A DNA stretch of 64,000 nt. It comes from Paragordius varius (Eukaryota; Animalia; Nematomorpha). Position 1 is the first letter of the stretch. Every line of letters starts with the position of its first letter. The stretch covers positions 5,456,001 to 5,520,000 of the forward strand of contig OZ176056.1 of assembly GCA_964247055.1 (NCBI GenBank). Reading direction: 5' to 3'. Positions 13,337-27,509 of this stretch are shown in pieces. A program made the position numbers and the translations under genes. The notes under the pieces are model-generated. The model did no database searches and was not told the origin of the DNA. It saw nothing but the letters and a program-made list of their open reading frames with translations.

Positions 13337-13396
13337 CAGAGATATTATTTGGTTCACTCTCTATAGATTTTATATCAGATCCAGCATTTGTTTCTT
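13337..13396 (-). CDS. mini-exon R6, (E)ETNAGSDIKSIESEPNNIS(G)
   Basis: tctttag|AA GAA...TCT G|gtatgt; 60 nt, consensus sites. Confidence 0.6.
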
Positions 13397-14881
13397 CTAA
13401 AGATTTTATAATACATAATAATAATTATTATTCATAAATCAAATTAAATGCTAAATAAATATAAAATCATATAATAGGGGTTTTTATAAAACTCGTTTTT
13501 CTCAACCACACTTAATAGTTAAAATATTTTTATGAAACTATTTTAAAATAATTTTTATTTATTAATACTAGCATCTTAAAGTAATGGAACATCACCCAAT
13601 ATCCGTATAAATCCCTGTAATGGGTTTGTTTTAACACAAATCAATATTTTTGCTGGGATTTGTACGAATTTTTGGTTTTTCAAGTACTTTTTATTTTCCA
13701 TAGTATAATTTATATATCCCACTCATGGATTCCTTTAAATAAAACAATATATATTTTATACACACTATTAAACGAGATAAAAAATAAGAAAATATTTTTT
13801 TTGGGTTTTTATGTTGATATAAAAGTTTTTTTACTGAATAAAATATGAAAGTTAAGACTTTAATAGTGAGTTTAGATAGTAAATAATAAAAAAATATTTT
13901 CAGTTTCAGTAAATATTTTTTCAATCAGAGTAATTCGCCATATTAACTGACATTTTATATGATTGCTATATATATATATATAGAAAATATCTCCTGAAAT
14001 GATAATCAATCATAATATCTCAACTTTTATTAATATTTTGTAAATTATCCTTAAATTTCACCTTTTGCCCAATTTCGATTTTTTCTCAATATTTCAAAAA
14101 CTAGGCAAACAAATTAGTTTTTAAATTATGGATAGAAAATTTAAATTGGTTAAAAAAATAAAAATTGCGTATAATTAAGGATAATTAAAAAATATATTGA
14201 TTTGGATTAAGCTGTTTTATTATTATTCAGAAATTTACAATTTTTCCATAACTTAAAATCATAGTTAGGTTTATTAATACACAAATAAATATCGGGGTTT
14301 TTTTATAACATATTTGATACACAAATTTTTTTATGGAACCATATTAATATTTTTAAAATATAGCTAACGGTATTAAAATATTATTAACACTTCGATTCAA
14401 ATTGGAGTATCTAAATACACCAGACTATATATAAATTGAATTTTTTAAAAAACTACTGAAAGAAATGGTCCCAATTTAAATTTATGCTTCTCTCCTAATA
14501 AAAATTATATAAATGGCCGAAATATTTAAATAAAATTTGGTTTTGAAAAAAAAGTTTCATATCAAACTACTTCGACGCCATTTTATTTCTCTAACATTTT
14601 TGCAAAATATCGTGTTTATAAAGCTAAAGTGAAAGTTAATTTTTCATGTAAATCACAACTAACATTGATAGAAACAGAAAAAGTGGTTTATTTTGTATAT
14701 ATTTAAATTTAGCTAATGCACACATGTCATGTTGACTAAATTTTTACCTTTTAGGTTTTACCTAAAAATAAGTAAAAGCAAGTATTTTAAAATGATATTT
14801 TTTATATATTTCGGTCCATATTTCAATTTATTCCATATTTTTTGTATTATTTATTTTAAACAGGCCTGGGGTATCCAACTA

Positions 14882-15279
14882 AACCAACATTTATACTGGC
14901 AAAACACACTCTACAACATTCCTTATCCCTATTGACCCCTACCTCCGTGCAATGGCTGGATCTGGCCTGCACGCCTTACAAAAAACACCCATAAAAAACA
15001 AAAATACAATATAGAAGAATAATAATAGATAAAAATAAAAACTAAAATATATAGGAACTAATATGTAAATGCAAGCAAAAAGAATCAAAAAATTTGAACC
15101 AAAAAATAAAAAAAATACATAAATAAATTATATCAATAAATAAAAATGAAATTAAATACGCATCTTTACAACTGAGGAATTAGAATTATGATTTGGAATA
15201 TGTAATAATAAAACAATAAATAGAAAAATTATAAGAAAAATATTATAAAGGTAATTACGCGCCATTTTTGAATGAATGT
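14882..15279 (-). mobile_element. 5'-only remnant of the RTE LINE found at 28545-31552
   Basis: Near identical to 31160-31552; stops inside the first endonuclease motif (FASINVG). Confidence 0.75.
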
Positions 15280-15593
15280 CTCAGTAATATATAAAATTAT
15301 CCATCAGATCGATATAATTAAAAATATTATATATAATTTAGTATTTTAAAGATAATTAGACTTTAATCAAAATTTAATTATTTGGAGTGAAAAAAGTCAT
15401 TTATCAAATTTCTATGCATTGGAGTCTAAATATATATTTGCAAAATTTATTAACATGTTAGATAAACATTTGGCCTGACAACCAACTTTACAATTGGCGG
15501 TAATTAAAATTAATTAGTCATTGTTACTCTAAATTATAATAAACCATTGATATAAAAATTATAACTTTATGCTATTATATAAAAAAAATATAC

Positions 15594-15659
15594 CAATTGG
15601 ATTAGTGTCATTGTTAGCAGGCGCAACCTTAGATGGACTCGCAATGTTTCCTTTGGAAT
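15594..15659 (-). CDS. mini-exon Q7, (D)SKGNIASPSKVAPANNDTNPI(G)
   Basis: ctaactaatatttaag|...ATT G|gtatat; 66 nt. Confidence 0.55.
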
Positions 15660-17367
15660 CTTAAATATTAGTTAGAGTGAAATAATTAATAATTTACATC
15701 GTTATATTAATAGAACATTATTAATAAAATGCGAGGTCTATTGAAGAATATATTGCAAAAAAGGGTTTTGCAGTCAAAAATTATACCCTTATAGCCTCAT
15801 AATCAAACGCTATTTTCTTGTTTTATAATTCACAAAAGCGTTTTTATAATTGAGAAAATATTCTTGATTGGGTAAATTATAAATTAATCGGAATATCAAT
15901 CAAACTTTTTCAAATGTTCGGGAAAACGTTTTGATTGACTGGGAAAACGTTTAGTTCGGTTAGAAAATTTCGATTCATATGATTATTAAACAAAATATAT
16001 GAATAACAGTATGATTACACATTTATTTTATGAACTAGATTTTATCACTATATTTGGGAGTCGACTAATCTAAACTTTGTTTTAGATATCAAAACAGGAG
16101 ATTAATTACTTTACGGTGTAATTTATTTTGGGTTTAGAGCATTTTTAACATTATGCACCTACTAAATTAATATACAATGGTGTTAGTTCTTGCCAAAATT
16201 CCGAAATATCAAATTGTTTTAGAGAAGCAATATTATTTTAATGTTAAAGCTAAAAAATGGTAAGGAAACCGATGGATAATGGGCCGTGTTTTTAACACCC
16301 TCTGTAATGTACTACCTTAATTGTGAAATTTCGAAATAGGAAAATTGTTTTAGGGCAGCAATATTATTTAATGTCAAAGCTATAGAAATGGTTAGGAAAC
16401 CGATGGATAATATGCCGTGTTTTTAACACTCTGTGTAATGTACTACCTTATTTGTTTTATTTGGCATTCTCACATGATTAGGAATTATAAAGTATATAAT
16501 TTATGCAAAATAGGAGATAAAAGTAGAGGAATATCAACCAAAAATCCTTACAATTTCCTGTAACAAGTCTGTTTTATGACAAATTAATATATTTGTATTG
16601 GAATTCGTACGGATTGTTGGTTGATATTCCACTATACAATCCTATTTTGCATGAATCCCTCATTTAAGAATCCGAATAAACACTCAAATACACTCATGAA
16701 CCAGATGACAAAAAAAGCAAAAATAAAAAACAATATTTTTGGTTTTATTTTGATATAGAAGTTTATTTTTTTGAATAAAACATGAATGTTAAGATTTTAA
16801 TATTGAGTTAAAAAATATTAAAAAAATTATTTTAATATAGTTTCATTAAATTTTTAGTATTTTAGGTGGTATAAAAGAAAAACGCCATCTTTTTACCTGA
16901 AATTTTATAGAAATCTTAACTATATGATTTTAGGCTATTTATAAATTGAAATTATCTCTTAAAATGATAATAAACGATATTATTTCAGATCATTATTTTT
17001 TGAAACCGATTTCGATTTTCTCTCAATCTAGTTGGACAACAAATAAAAAATTTTGCGGCAAATAAATACGATGGTCAAAGCTATCTTATGAAAAAAGTAT
17101 ATATATATATACATATATATATATTCCTCTTTAATTGCAATTTATTGATTTCTTAATCAGAAACCAACAAATAAAGTGGTAATGAGCGATAAACTAAAAA
17201 ATTATAACTTCTATGATAAATTTTTTAATAAAAAGTTAGTAGATATTTGGACTGCAAATACTAGGTAAATGTTATTATCAAATGATATTAAATTAATGCG
17301 AAATCATTAAAAAATTTATAAATGCAAAGATATGTAAAATATAAAATGTCTATGAATGTCTTTATAC

Positions 17368-17406
17368 CCATTCCACTTCCTAATGCTGGAGTTGTTACTT
17401 CAGGCA
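17368..17406 (-). CDS. linker exon T-B, (V)PEVTTPALGSGM(G)
   Basis: aaaacag|...ATG G|gtataa; 39 nt. Read-through stop is at 17288. Confidence 0.6.
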
Positions 17407-17625
17407 CTGTTTTTATAAAAATATTTTGGAAATTAATTATAAAATCTACAAATTTGAATTTTGATTAAATTTAACATAAATTAATAAAAATTTGTCATTT
17501 TAAACAATAAAATATCATATTACAATTCTTAGATTAATAATATACAGAACTAATGGAACAATATTAGGTATATATTAGCCATTTAATTTAGAAACGAGAT
17601 GTTTTAAGGTATTTTATTACATAAA

Positions 17626-17657
<32 letters not shown>

Positions 17658-17844
17658 AAAATCTTTATATATGCATTTTTAAGCGACCTATCTTGATTTA
17701 TTAAAATATCAGGAATAATATCAATTATGTAAGATTGTGGTTATACAACCTTTTTTTTTGCGAATGGTGTTATAAAAATGTATATGACGTTAAACCATTT
17801 AAATTTGTTTATATTATATTTTTATAAATATTTTTCTTTAATTT

Positions 17845-17850
17845 AATATG

Positions 17851-17913
<63 letters not shown>

Positions 17914-17925
17914 CATACATACATA
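17845..17925. repeat. (TA)n/(TACA)n microsatellite
   Basis: Direct reading. Other (TA)n runs at about 17630, 20950, 33410, 33940, 44510, 45385 and 55775. Confidence 0.9.
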
Positions 17926-18059
17926 CAAATATTGGTTTAATCATTTGTATATTTTCACTTTTGTCTCAATAATTTCAATATGATCACTACAACATTTTGA
18001 TAATGTTTTTCACATTTTTTATACCTTATGTTTAACGTGGAGAGGGGCCGAAAAATGTC

Positions 18060-18330
18060 GCAAAATGTTGATCGTTAAGAAATAAGATATATAGATCAAC
18101 TATGACGCTAAAAATATAAATTTTTTAGGCATTCAATAGACGAATTACCATGGAAATGGTACCAAAACCTTATAGGGTAGATTTCCAATCAGTTTTTAGG
18201 ATGTATTTACATTAGCGTGATGATATAGGAGGTAGGGCGACTGACTCATACACTGTGTGCCAGAGTTATCACCCCTAAACTACGCATTTCCATCATCACT
18301 GTCAGCCCTTTGTAAACGAGTGTTAATACA
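18060..18330 (+). mobile_element. degenerate RTE fragment (duplicate at about 34335-34600)
   Basis: 18060-18175 aligns to the endonuclease N-terminus of the RTE at about 31070-31170 (NFLGIQ..YHGNGTKTL). Confidence 0.55.
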
Positions 18331-19269
18331 ATTTAAATCCTTACCCTTTATAAAAAGGGAAAAAAGAGATTCTAAACAGTATATTTTTTTATATTTTATA
18401 TATATTATGTGATTCCCAAATTTTTCGGTTTAAGTGCTGCTGTTACACATTGCATGTTTCTCAAATAAGTTTCAATTGATACTACATTAAATTATATCAC
18501 GGTACGCAACAAAAAATAAATGTTAATGATGTATTCGATATCTAAAAGCCTCAGGATAATAATATTATATATGGGGTAAAATACTAAAATAAAGTCAAAT
18601 TTTTTCTCTTTTTAGCCATAATTAAAAAATGGCATTTTTATTGCCTTAACGTCTAGTATAATTTAATACAATAGATGAAAACACCAAAAATTAATTCTAA
18701 TATAAAATTTTAAACGAAAATTATCATAAAGATTTTACATTTTTTTCGGAGTGCCTCAGAAAATCTTATAAGAATATGAGCTAAAAATCGCGATTTGGCG
18801 TCATACTGGCATTAAACTTGTTAATATGCGGTAAAAGATTTTGATATTTATTAAAACAATCTTATAGTTATATATAAAGTTTAACCAAATATAGCCTTTA
18901 AAAAAGTTTAAACCTTATATAAAAAAGATATTTTTTGAACGTGTCAATGTGCAATTTTTTAGCTATTTATAAATCTTTAAGGTCCTCCGATAAAATTAGA
19001 AATTTTATTGATAATATTTTGCGTTTAAAAATATCCTTATATATTAAAAATATATAATTTAGTTGATGGGCTTTCATCTATAAAATTTAATTTTATTTGA
19101 CAGGTTCATAAAGCCTAATACTTATTAAATAACGTTTTTAAGTATTTATTTACATTCAGTAATTTATTTATTACACCGAAACTTTTAGCTATCGAATGGT
19201 ATATGATTCATTATCCTTTATTTTTGGACCCTTTTTTGCCGCATACTATATTTAAATAAATTAAATCAC

Positions 19270-19503
19270 CTGTAATATTAGCTTCACCGTAATACACAGT
19301 ATTACCAAATTCTGAAGAGACAATTATGGTTACATTGATGAGTCCAATCATATCGGTAATTATAGTAACACTAGTCGCATTCAGATTGGTATACAAAATT
19401 TTTCCTTCCCTGCTTACATTATACAATGATATCCCATCATTCGATTCCCAATCCATTTTGATAGAGGAGTCATTATTTATGGTCCAGTTTATTGGGAAAT
19501 TTA
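19270..19503 (-). CDS. FN3-like domain exon, variant B (234 nt, phase 1-1)
   Basis: atatttcag|TA AAT TTC...ATT ACA G|gtgatt. Inside ORF 19211-19663; 6 N-x-S/T sequons. Confidence 0.7.
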
Positions 19504-21825
19504 CTGAAATATATAAATTATAAAATTTAGTAATACTAGACATATTTATACATTGTTTGTTGTGTTTATAAATTTCGCTGCAAAAGTTTATTTTGTTATT
19601 TAGTATACATAAAATATAAGTTTTAAAAAGATTGTTTATTACAATATTCGATTCTATATACAATCATAAGAGCAATTATTCGCTCTCTCAGTTATTTAAT
19701 GGGTGAGTGTGTAAGATATAGGTTTGTTGGTATGCTTATTTTGAGTTAAATATTTTGCAATTGGGGTTAGAGAAAAAGTTACTGTTTTCAACGAAGTATC
19801 ATGTTAGTATATTATACAAACATGATAAAACCTAATACGATCATGTAAATGAAAACCCCCTCTAATTCAAATAACTGAAATGACCATTAATAGTTCTCTC
19901 TACTGCATATTAAAATCCTCATAAAAACTATTTTACTTTTAACCAATTTTAGAGTAATTTAATCTGATATCGTTAATAGTAAAGCCCAAAAATACTTTTA
20001 AGTTTAGAATAAAAATACTCACTATAAAATGTAACATTTCTCGTTCTTACCATTTGGATAGACTTATTTGGAAAAAATTGTCTAAGAATTAGTATTACTA
20101 TTATAAGCATGTTTTTGCGAAATCAATTTTTAACAGACCGCGTTATGCCCACCCCTGGTTTTATAATACTTAATTAGAAAATTTTCTAGAAAAAGGTCAT
20201 TTTCATAAATCAGAAGTAAAAGTATGGCATATTTTAACGAAATAAACAAAATATGACCTATCTAAAAGAACCTATATTGTTGCACAGTATGCATTTGTAT
20301 ATTGTAATAAAAATATATTCATATTCTGTGTTCGTCATTTAAAATATTTATACATAATGTATCGATTTTAAGGTTAGAAGTATAGATTAAATAATTCTTG
20401 TAAATAGAGAAAGCACTAGCTTTCGAACATAATATAATATACAATGTCAGTGTGTGTGTTTGTTTTATTTCAAACGCTTTAAAATGTCGAAAAATGGTAC
20501 ATACTCTTATAAGATTTTGTGAAATACCATTATATTATGTCAGCTAATTAGCCATTTTAATTTAATTAAATATATATTACAGTCATGTATATGTAGAATT
20601 GACAGAAATTCGTTTTTAAATGATTATAATTTGCTTTTAATTGTTTTAATGTTTGATATGTCAACTTTCAACATCGCATTTTTAAGCATTAGAATAATAA
20701 TAGCTTATTTATTGTAAACAATTAAAAACAAAGCAAAATCAATTAAAAACGTATATATGACAATTCTAAACATAGACTGTAACTAAAATTATTTAATAAT
20801 GATATCCGCACAAAATTAATATTGTATATTATTATTCATTGATGCAAAGTGACCCCAGAATTTTAAATCGTAATCTGAAATCTGTGATTTTACCATTAAA
20901 AATTGAAAACAAAAATTAAATATTTAACTTATATTTGATTTTTACGATAAATATATATATATATATATATATATAAATATAATTTAATTTAGCTTACTAA
21001 TATTTTCTAGAAAAGGTATAAAAATATTAATATAGTTTAATAAATACAATTATAAAATTAATATGCTTTGTAAGTTAATAAAAAATATAATTTAAATGTA
21101 GATAACACAATAGCTAAAATTGTGCATGTTGATTAATATTATTTTTTGAGAAATTTGAAAATAATAACATTACTTTCACTAAGTTCTAAATTAGATAAAT
21201 AATATTTGCATAAAAATTTTTAAATAAATGCAAAAAACTCTAAAATATACATATAAATATATATGTACATTTCCTGAACAAAATGAAATAGTGAGATAAA
21301 ATTAATGTTATAAATTTATAAATCAAACTCCAAATTTAATCATAGATAAATTACAATAATAAAATTGGTGTTAATGCAAAAATGGTGTTTGAAATTTAAT
21401 TTTATAGAAGATAATTTTACATATTAAATAAACATTACTAGTTATTATTTATAAATACCGTTAAAAACTATATATATTCTCTTGAAATGAACATATTATC
21501 AGCATCATCATCATTTTCTTTAAAGATAAAAAAATTATATCAACAATAATATGAGTAACTCATTCAAAAAATCAGCAATTTATGTCAATACTTAGGAAAA
21601 ATATTTCCTGAACAAAATAAAATAGTGCTCTTTTAAATGTTATGTTATAAATATAAATCAATCTCCAAATTAATTACAATAATAAAATTGGTATTAATGC
21701 AAAAATGTATATATGTTTGAAATTTAATAATATTAGTTATTAATTGACAGATAGCATATACATACTGCTATCTGGCAATTATTAATGAAAAATACTGTTA
21801 AAAAAAATTATTGAAATGAACATAC

Positions 21826-21846
21826 CATTAGCATAATAATGTTTAT
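21826..21846 (-). CDS. micro-exon V2, (D)KHYYAN(G)
   Basis: ctttttag|AT AAA CAT TAT TAT GCT AAT G|gtatgt. Confidence 0.45.
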
Positions 21847-22863
21847 CTAAAAAGACAATAAAATATATTATAATAACAATCTATACAAATGACGTTTAAA
21901 TATGAGCAATTTATGTTAATAGTTGAGAAATATTAATTTCCAAAAAATTGGTTTTGTTCCATAAATGCAATTTTACTAATTTTTGTATCATTGAAAAAAA
22001 ATTTATCTATCAGATTTGTATGAATTCGTGAGTGAAAATAAACACAAAAAACTGATTTTAAGCATTCATATATTTTTTAGCTTCCAGTTTAAGTTTCATC
22101 AAAGTAGCGCTTACTTTGATTCAAATTATTTTAATAGCCCAGACTATATTTAAATTGATATTTCAAAACAACTACTGAATGAAATTGCCCTAATTTAAAT
22201 TTATGCTTCAATATGAATTATAAAAATAGGCCGAAATTTTTAAAATTTTTTTGAAAAAATCTATATTAAACTATTTTGACACCATTTTTATTTTACCAAA
22301 TTGCAAAATATCGTATTTATTTGATTTTTAAGCTAATTTAAGTAAATTTGATTTATAACACACAAACATTGTCAGAAAAAATAGCTTAATTTACATTATT
22401 GTTATATTTAGCTAATAAACAAATGTAATGTTTTATTTAGAAATCCTGCATGAGTGGACTTATCAAGTATATAATTTATGATAAATAAATTCTTAAAGTA
22501 ATGGAATATCAACGACCAATCCGTACAAATCCCTGTAACATGTTTCTACACAAATTAATATTTTTACTGGGATGTGTACGAATATTTGGTTGATTTTCCA
22601 CTACTTTCCTATATTGCATAAATTTTATACTTTGATCTCCCACTCATGTAAGATACCAAAATAAAACAGAAATTTTTTATACGCTCGCTGAATATCCTTA
22701 ATTTTTACTTTTTGCCCTATTTCTATTATTTCATTTAGGTCGCAAACAAATAATAGTTTTTACGGCAAATGAATAAGCTGTCATAATCTATAACAAAAAA
22801 AATTTTTTTGTTAACAATTACAAAGATATCTAAAATATAAAATGTCTATAATTGTCATTATAC

Positions 22864-22902
22864 CCATTCCATTTCCTGCTGGAGTTGTTACTTTGGATGG
22901 CA
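22864..22902 (-). CDS. linker exon T-A' (same peptide as T-A)
   Basis: Same splice sites as 1533-1571. Confidence 0.6.
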
Positions 22903-23296
22903 CTGTTTTTATAAAAATGTATTTGTCAATTTATTATAAAATACATAAACTTCGCATAAATTTTTTAAGAATTTGTTATTAATCATAAAATACCATATTA
23001 CAATTTTTAAATTCATAATATACTAGAGCTGAAAATGGAGAATGTTGTGTGTATAGTTTTAAGTTTAGAAACAAGAGAAGTATTAAGACCATTTAACATA
23101 AAATAAAAATATATATAAAATTTAGAATCTATATCTATGCATTATAAAGCAACCTATCTTGATTTATTAAAATATAAATAAATTATCAGTAATAAAATCA
23201 ATTATAGTGTTGAAAATTGTGTTTATCATTTTTATATTTGTTTTTTATCATTTTATGAGTATTTTTCTTTTAATTTAATTTAAATAAAAAAATCAC

Positions 23297-23533
23297 CTGT
23301 AATTACAACTTCACCGCGATACAGAATTTCAGATTGTGAAGAGACAATTATGGTTTTATTGGTGAGTGAATTCATATCGGTATTTATAGTAACACTAGTC
23401 GCATTCAGATTGGTATACAAATATTTTCCTTCGCTGCTTACATTATACGATGATATCCCATCTTTCGATTCCCAATCCAATTTGATAGATGAGTCATCAA
23501 TTCTGGTCCAGTTTATTTGGATAATTTCAAATT
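23297..23533 (-). CDS. FN3-like domain exon A'
   Basis: Duplicate of 1960-2196; one E>V change near the 3' end. Confidence 0.65.
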
Positions 23534-26500
23534 CTAGACAGATTCATACTATGCTTATATATCAAATTTTCAATTTTTTTGTCATCTGGTTTATGAGTGT
23601 TATACTGTTTTATTTTGAAATCTTACATGAAAGGAATTATGTAGTATATAATTTTTGCAAAATAGCATTTAAAAGTAGTGCAATATTAACCATCAATCCG
23701 TGCAAATCCCAACAAAAATATTAATTTGTTTTAAAACAGACATTCCATTTTCCATAGAGACTCAAATATTTTTTATATTAAAGCCCTATTCTGGTCAAAT
23801 CTATATAATTATAACACGATATGAATAAATACATTTTTTTAAATCATATATCATTCGAGAGCTAAAACCTTCTGGATAATAAATACAAATAAATATTCGT
23901 TTTAGGAAATAAAAAAACTCAAAAGCTAGGATTATCATGTAAAAGCTATCTGTAGGAATTATATTCATATAAACTTTATAGGGAAAAATATTTATTATAT
24001 GGCGTTTAAAATTGAAACAAGCCTAAAATATTATCAATATTTGGACAAAATCGGATGTAGCGTATAATTATATTATTATTTCTGTATAACTCAAAAAAAC
24101 ACGACCATATTAATTTAATTTATCCAAAATTAAAAATTTTCGTGCGATTTCAGCTTTTGAACAGGGCTTTTAGGTATAAATTCTCTCTAAATAAATAATT
24201 GAATTAAAATTTCTGCTTGAATCGTATAGAAATCGTTTGCATGATAATTATATCAAAGCTTTGGTACAAAATATATGATAAATCCCTTTCGGAGCAAAAA
24301 TTTTTTTATTTTATATGGGCATTAATCTTTTAAACACAATATATTGGATGTTTTATCCATATAGTATATATAAAAATTAAAATAAACAATTCAAATATGA
24401 CGCTAAGTTTGGTTTTTATAATAAGACTTATAAACATATCTGAGAGGTTTGGATTTTTAATGATGAATAAAATTAAGTTGACGCGTTTTCACTAATATTT
24501 TTAATTTTATTTAAAATAACTTTTTCAGTATTTGAATCGTATCTTTATTCCCTAAAGCTTTTAGCTATCAAATAATATATAACAAACATATATTTAGAGG
24601 CCATTACTACCGCAGAGTGTTAACATTTTCGCCTTTTAATATTAGTCGATATCAATTCTCTTTGTTACATATGCCTCTCAAATTAACCAGAAATTTATAC
24701 TCTCATGCTGTTATAAATTATCGTATCATTAAAGCCTTTGTTTGCCTTATTGAACTTTTAAAAAGGATTCTGGTTTGGTTAGTTATTTAACACCAAATTT
24801 TGTACATTTTTTTAGCAAAATTGTAAATTGAGTAAATGGAATTTTAAGCCGTTCATTAATTTAATGCGCATAAACCAATATATCTCTGAATTATTCATAT
24901 AATATCAGAATCTCCTACCTGTGTTGCAAATAATAAATATCTGGTAAGTAATAATTTAATTGTTCTATACGAGATATATTTATAGTCTTTGCTTTTTCCA
25001 CTAATAAAGCATGAGTCTAATTTAATTGATTTCTTATCATAACACTATTGTTTTCCAGATTAACGGCAATCGATATATTGTTGTATGTTAAATTATATTT
25101 TAATTTATCTTGGTTCCATTTCAATGTTATGGATTCGTCATCATTAATAGTATAATTACATGTTGTGTCAATTAACCATTGTTAATAAAAAAATGATATT
25201 GTTAGAATTTTTTAAAAAATAACAAATAATATTGGTAGAAGAGCTTCATGTAATATCAAAAATTTAATTTCAATAATTTAATCTTCTATAAAGGGCACTT
25301 TATTACAAGCAGCTGTTTTTGGGTGCATTTTAATATTATGGAAATTATTTAATAATATTCCATAATTTAAATTGGTTGCATTGATAATTTGGGGTTAAAA
25401 GAAAACAGATTTTTAAGATTTAATACATAATTATTTACTAGGGAAAAATTCGAGTCCCCATCATTAATAAATGATTTAAAATTTTCTTAGAATAATGTAA
25501 TTTTGTTAGAAAGTATCAAATTAATTTTATTTCCTAAGTTGTTTCATACAATTAAATAGCTCTCTATTATAACAATGGTTTTTAAATCTGTTATTAAATA
25601 AATAATTATAGTTTATTTGTATTCTGTGTACATAAAAAAAGAAAGTACTGTCTTTTTCTTATTGATTTGTAGTTCAAACTGATTCAAAAAATTAGCTATC
25701 ATATATAGAGTTGTTTAAATGTTATTTTTCTCAAATTATAAAACTACCATTAATTCGGTTAAATTAGATTATAATATAATAAAATAGACGCCAGACTTTC
25801 ATAAAATTGTAAAATTAAATTATGGCCACATTTATAGATATTAAATAATGAAAGTCAAATTAGAATTATATATAATCAATTATATAATTAAATAAATTAC
25901 CCTCGAAAGCTAATAAAAACCTGGATTTGTTAATTTTAAACTTAAGCTGATTATTCTAACATTTAATTTATATTTTATATTTACTTAGCGTGTCATAAAT
26001 TAGGGACCGTTAAAAGTTTGAGGAGTTTATTTAGAATTACCTAGACTCGTGTTTAAATAAAATTACAAAAACGGTATTAAGCATAATTTCCAATATTTAG
26101 CTAAACAAATATCTAATGGCTCCAAACTAACAATTTGGTAGCCATAAAGAAGTTATTAATTACACACATCAAAAGCTTATTTAAGAATGATAGTTTATCT
26201 CAGACCGCAGAAATACTATGGATTGGACATAAACTATGTCTGGATGTCGTATGATGGATAAATTGGCTGGTAGTATTTTTTTAAAGTTTATATACTTTTT
26301 TAACAAAACACCGAATTCTGCATGTTAAAATTTAATAAGAAAATAATTAAAAACATAAAAAATTTTAAAAAACTAATTTGTATAAAATCCTTTTACGATA
26401 AAATTATGCGCCATCAAAATCAAATAATATGTTTATATGGCGAACTATTTAAAAAAACTCTAATATTAGTTAACTATTTGTTTTTTAATTCAATATATAC

Positions 26501-26649
26501 TAACAATGTGTGCCTCAACATATATCAAATCATAAATAATAAAAATTCTATAATCTCTGCACTTTAATTATTGATGATTTTAGTTCGAATATTTTTTTCA
26601 AAGAATATTTACAAGATCTTGGCAAATAAATCAATTAAAAAATAAATAC

Positions 26650-26712
26650 CAGCCATAGTATTTGATTTTTCATTTTCTTTACCTTCCATCCCAGATCCAT
26701 TATTTGCTACTT
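26650..26712 (-). CDS. mini-exon R1', (E)VANNGSGMEGKENEKSNTMA(G)
   Basis: tatccag|...G|gtattt; 63 nt. Confidence 0.55.
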
Positions 26713-27461
26713 CTGGATATGTTAAAATACATACTAAATTGATATATCTAAGTTATATATTGCTAAATTGATCATAAATTAGTTTTTATAATTTAGAGAC
26801 AACCCACTATATCTCTCAATCGGAAAAATAATATAATCTCAAAATTATGATTTTTAGCAATCGGCTATTTTTAAATAATTTGATATAATTTTTTACAAAA
26901 AATAAGTAAAGTGGTGAACATCAGATGGTTAAATAATTCACATTTTTAAATTTAATAATTTGGCTACTTTTGTTGAAAAAGCTTTCATATAATATATAAA
27001 ATAAAGTGTAATAATCCATCAGATTGAAATAATTAAATTAAATTTAATTTTTTGAATATAATCGGACTTTCATCAAAATTTAATTATTTAAAGATTTTAA
27101 AAATCATTTTTCAAACTTGGCCTCATCGGAGTTTAATAATATGTTTGCAAAATTATTTCTACATAAAAAGATAGTCACCTAACAAGCAAACTTTAAGTTG
27201 GGGGTTTATAATTATCAATCCATTTAAAGAGAATCTTATGTTATTTGTTTTATAAGCGGTGACCTTTAAGTTCATGCCATCTATGTTTCTGTAAAATAAT
27301 TTTTGAATTTGGGCACCACTGCCCTTATTTTGGTGTTATGTTACATTTGAGAATAAGACCATAAATATGATAATATAAATTTATTAGATAATGTTACTCA
27401 AAATTATATTTAACCATTGATATAAGAAATATAACTTTTATCTATTAGAAAAAAAATATAC

Positions 27462-27509
27462 CAATTGTATTTGTATTATTAGCAGGAACATTGCCCATGT
27501 TTTCGGAAT
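27462..27509 (-). CDS. mini-exon Q1', (D)SENMGNVPANNTNTI(G)
   Basis: tttcaag|...ATT G|gtatat; 48 nt. Confidence 0.5.

Noticed and set aside
20051-20110. MLIIVILILRQFFPNKSIQM|gtaaga, a signal-peptide-like first exon upstream of FN3-B (minus strand)
   Set aside because: The donor is phase 0, incompatible with the phase-1 acceptors. Single copy, no paralog support.
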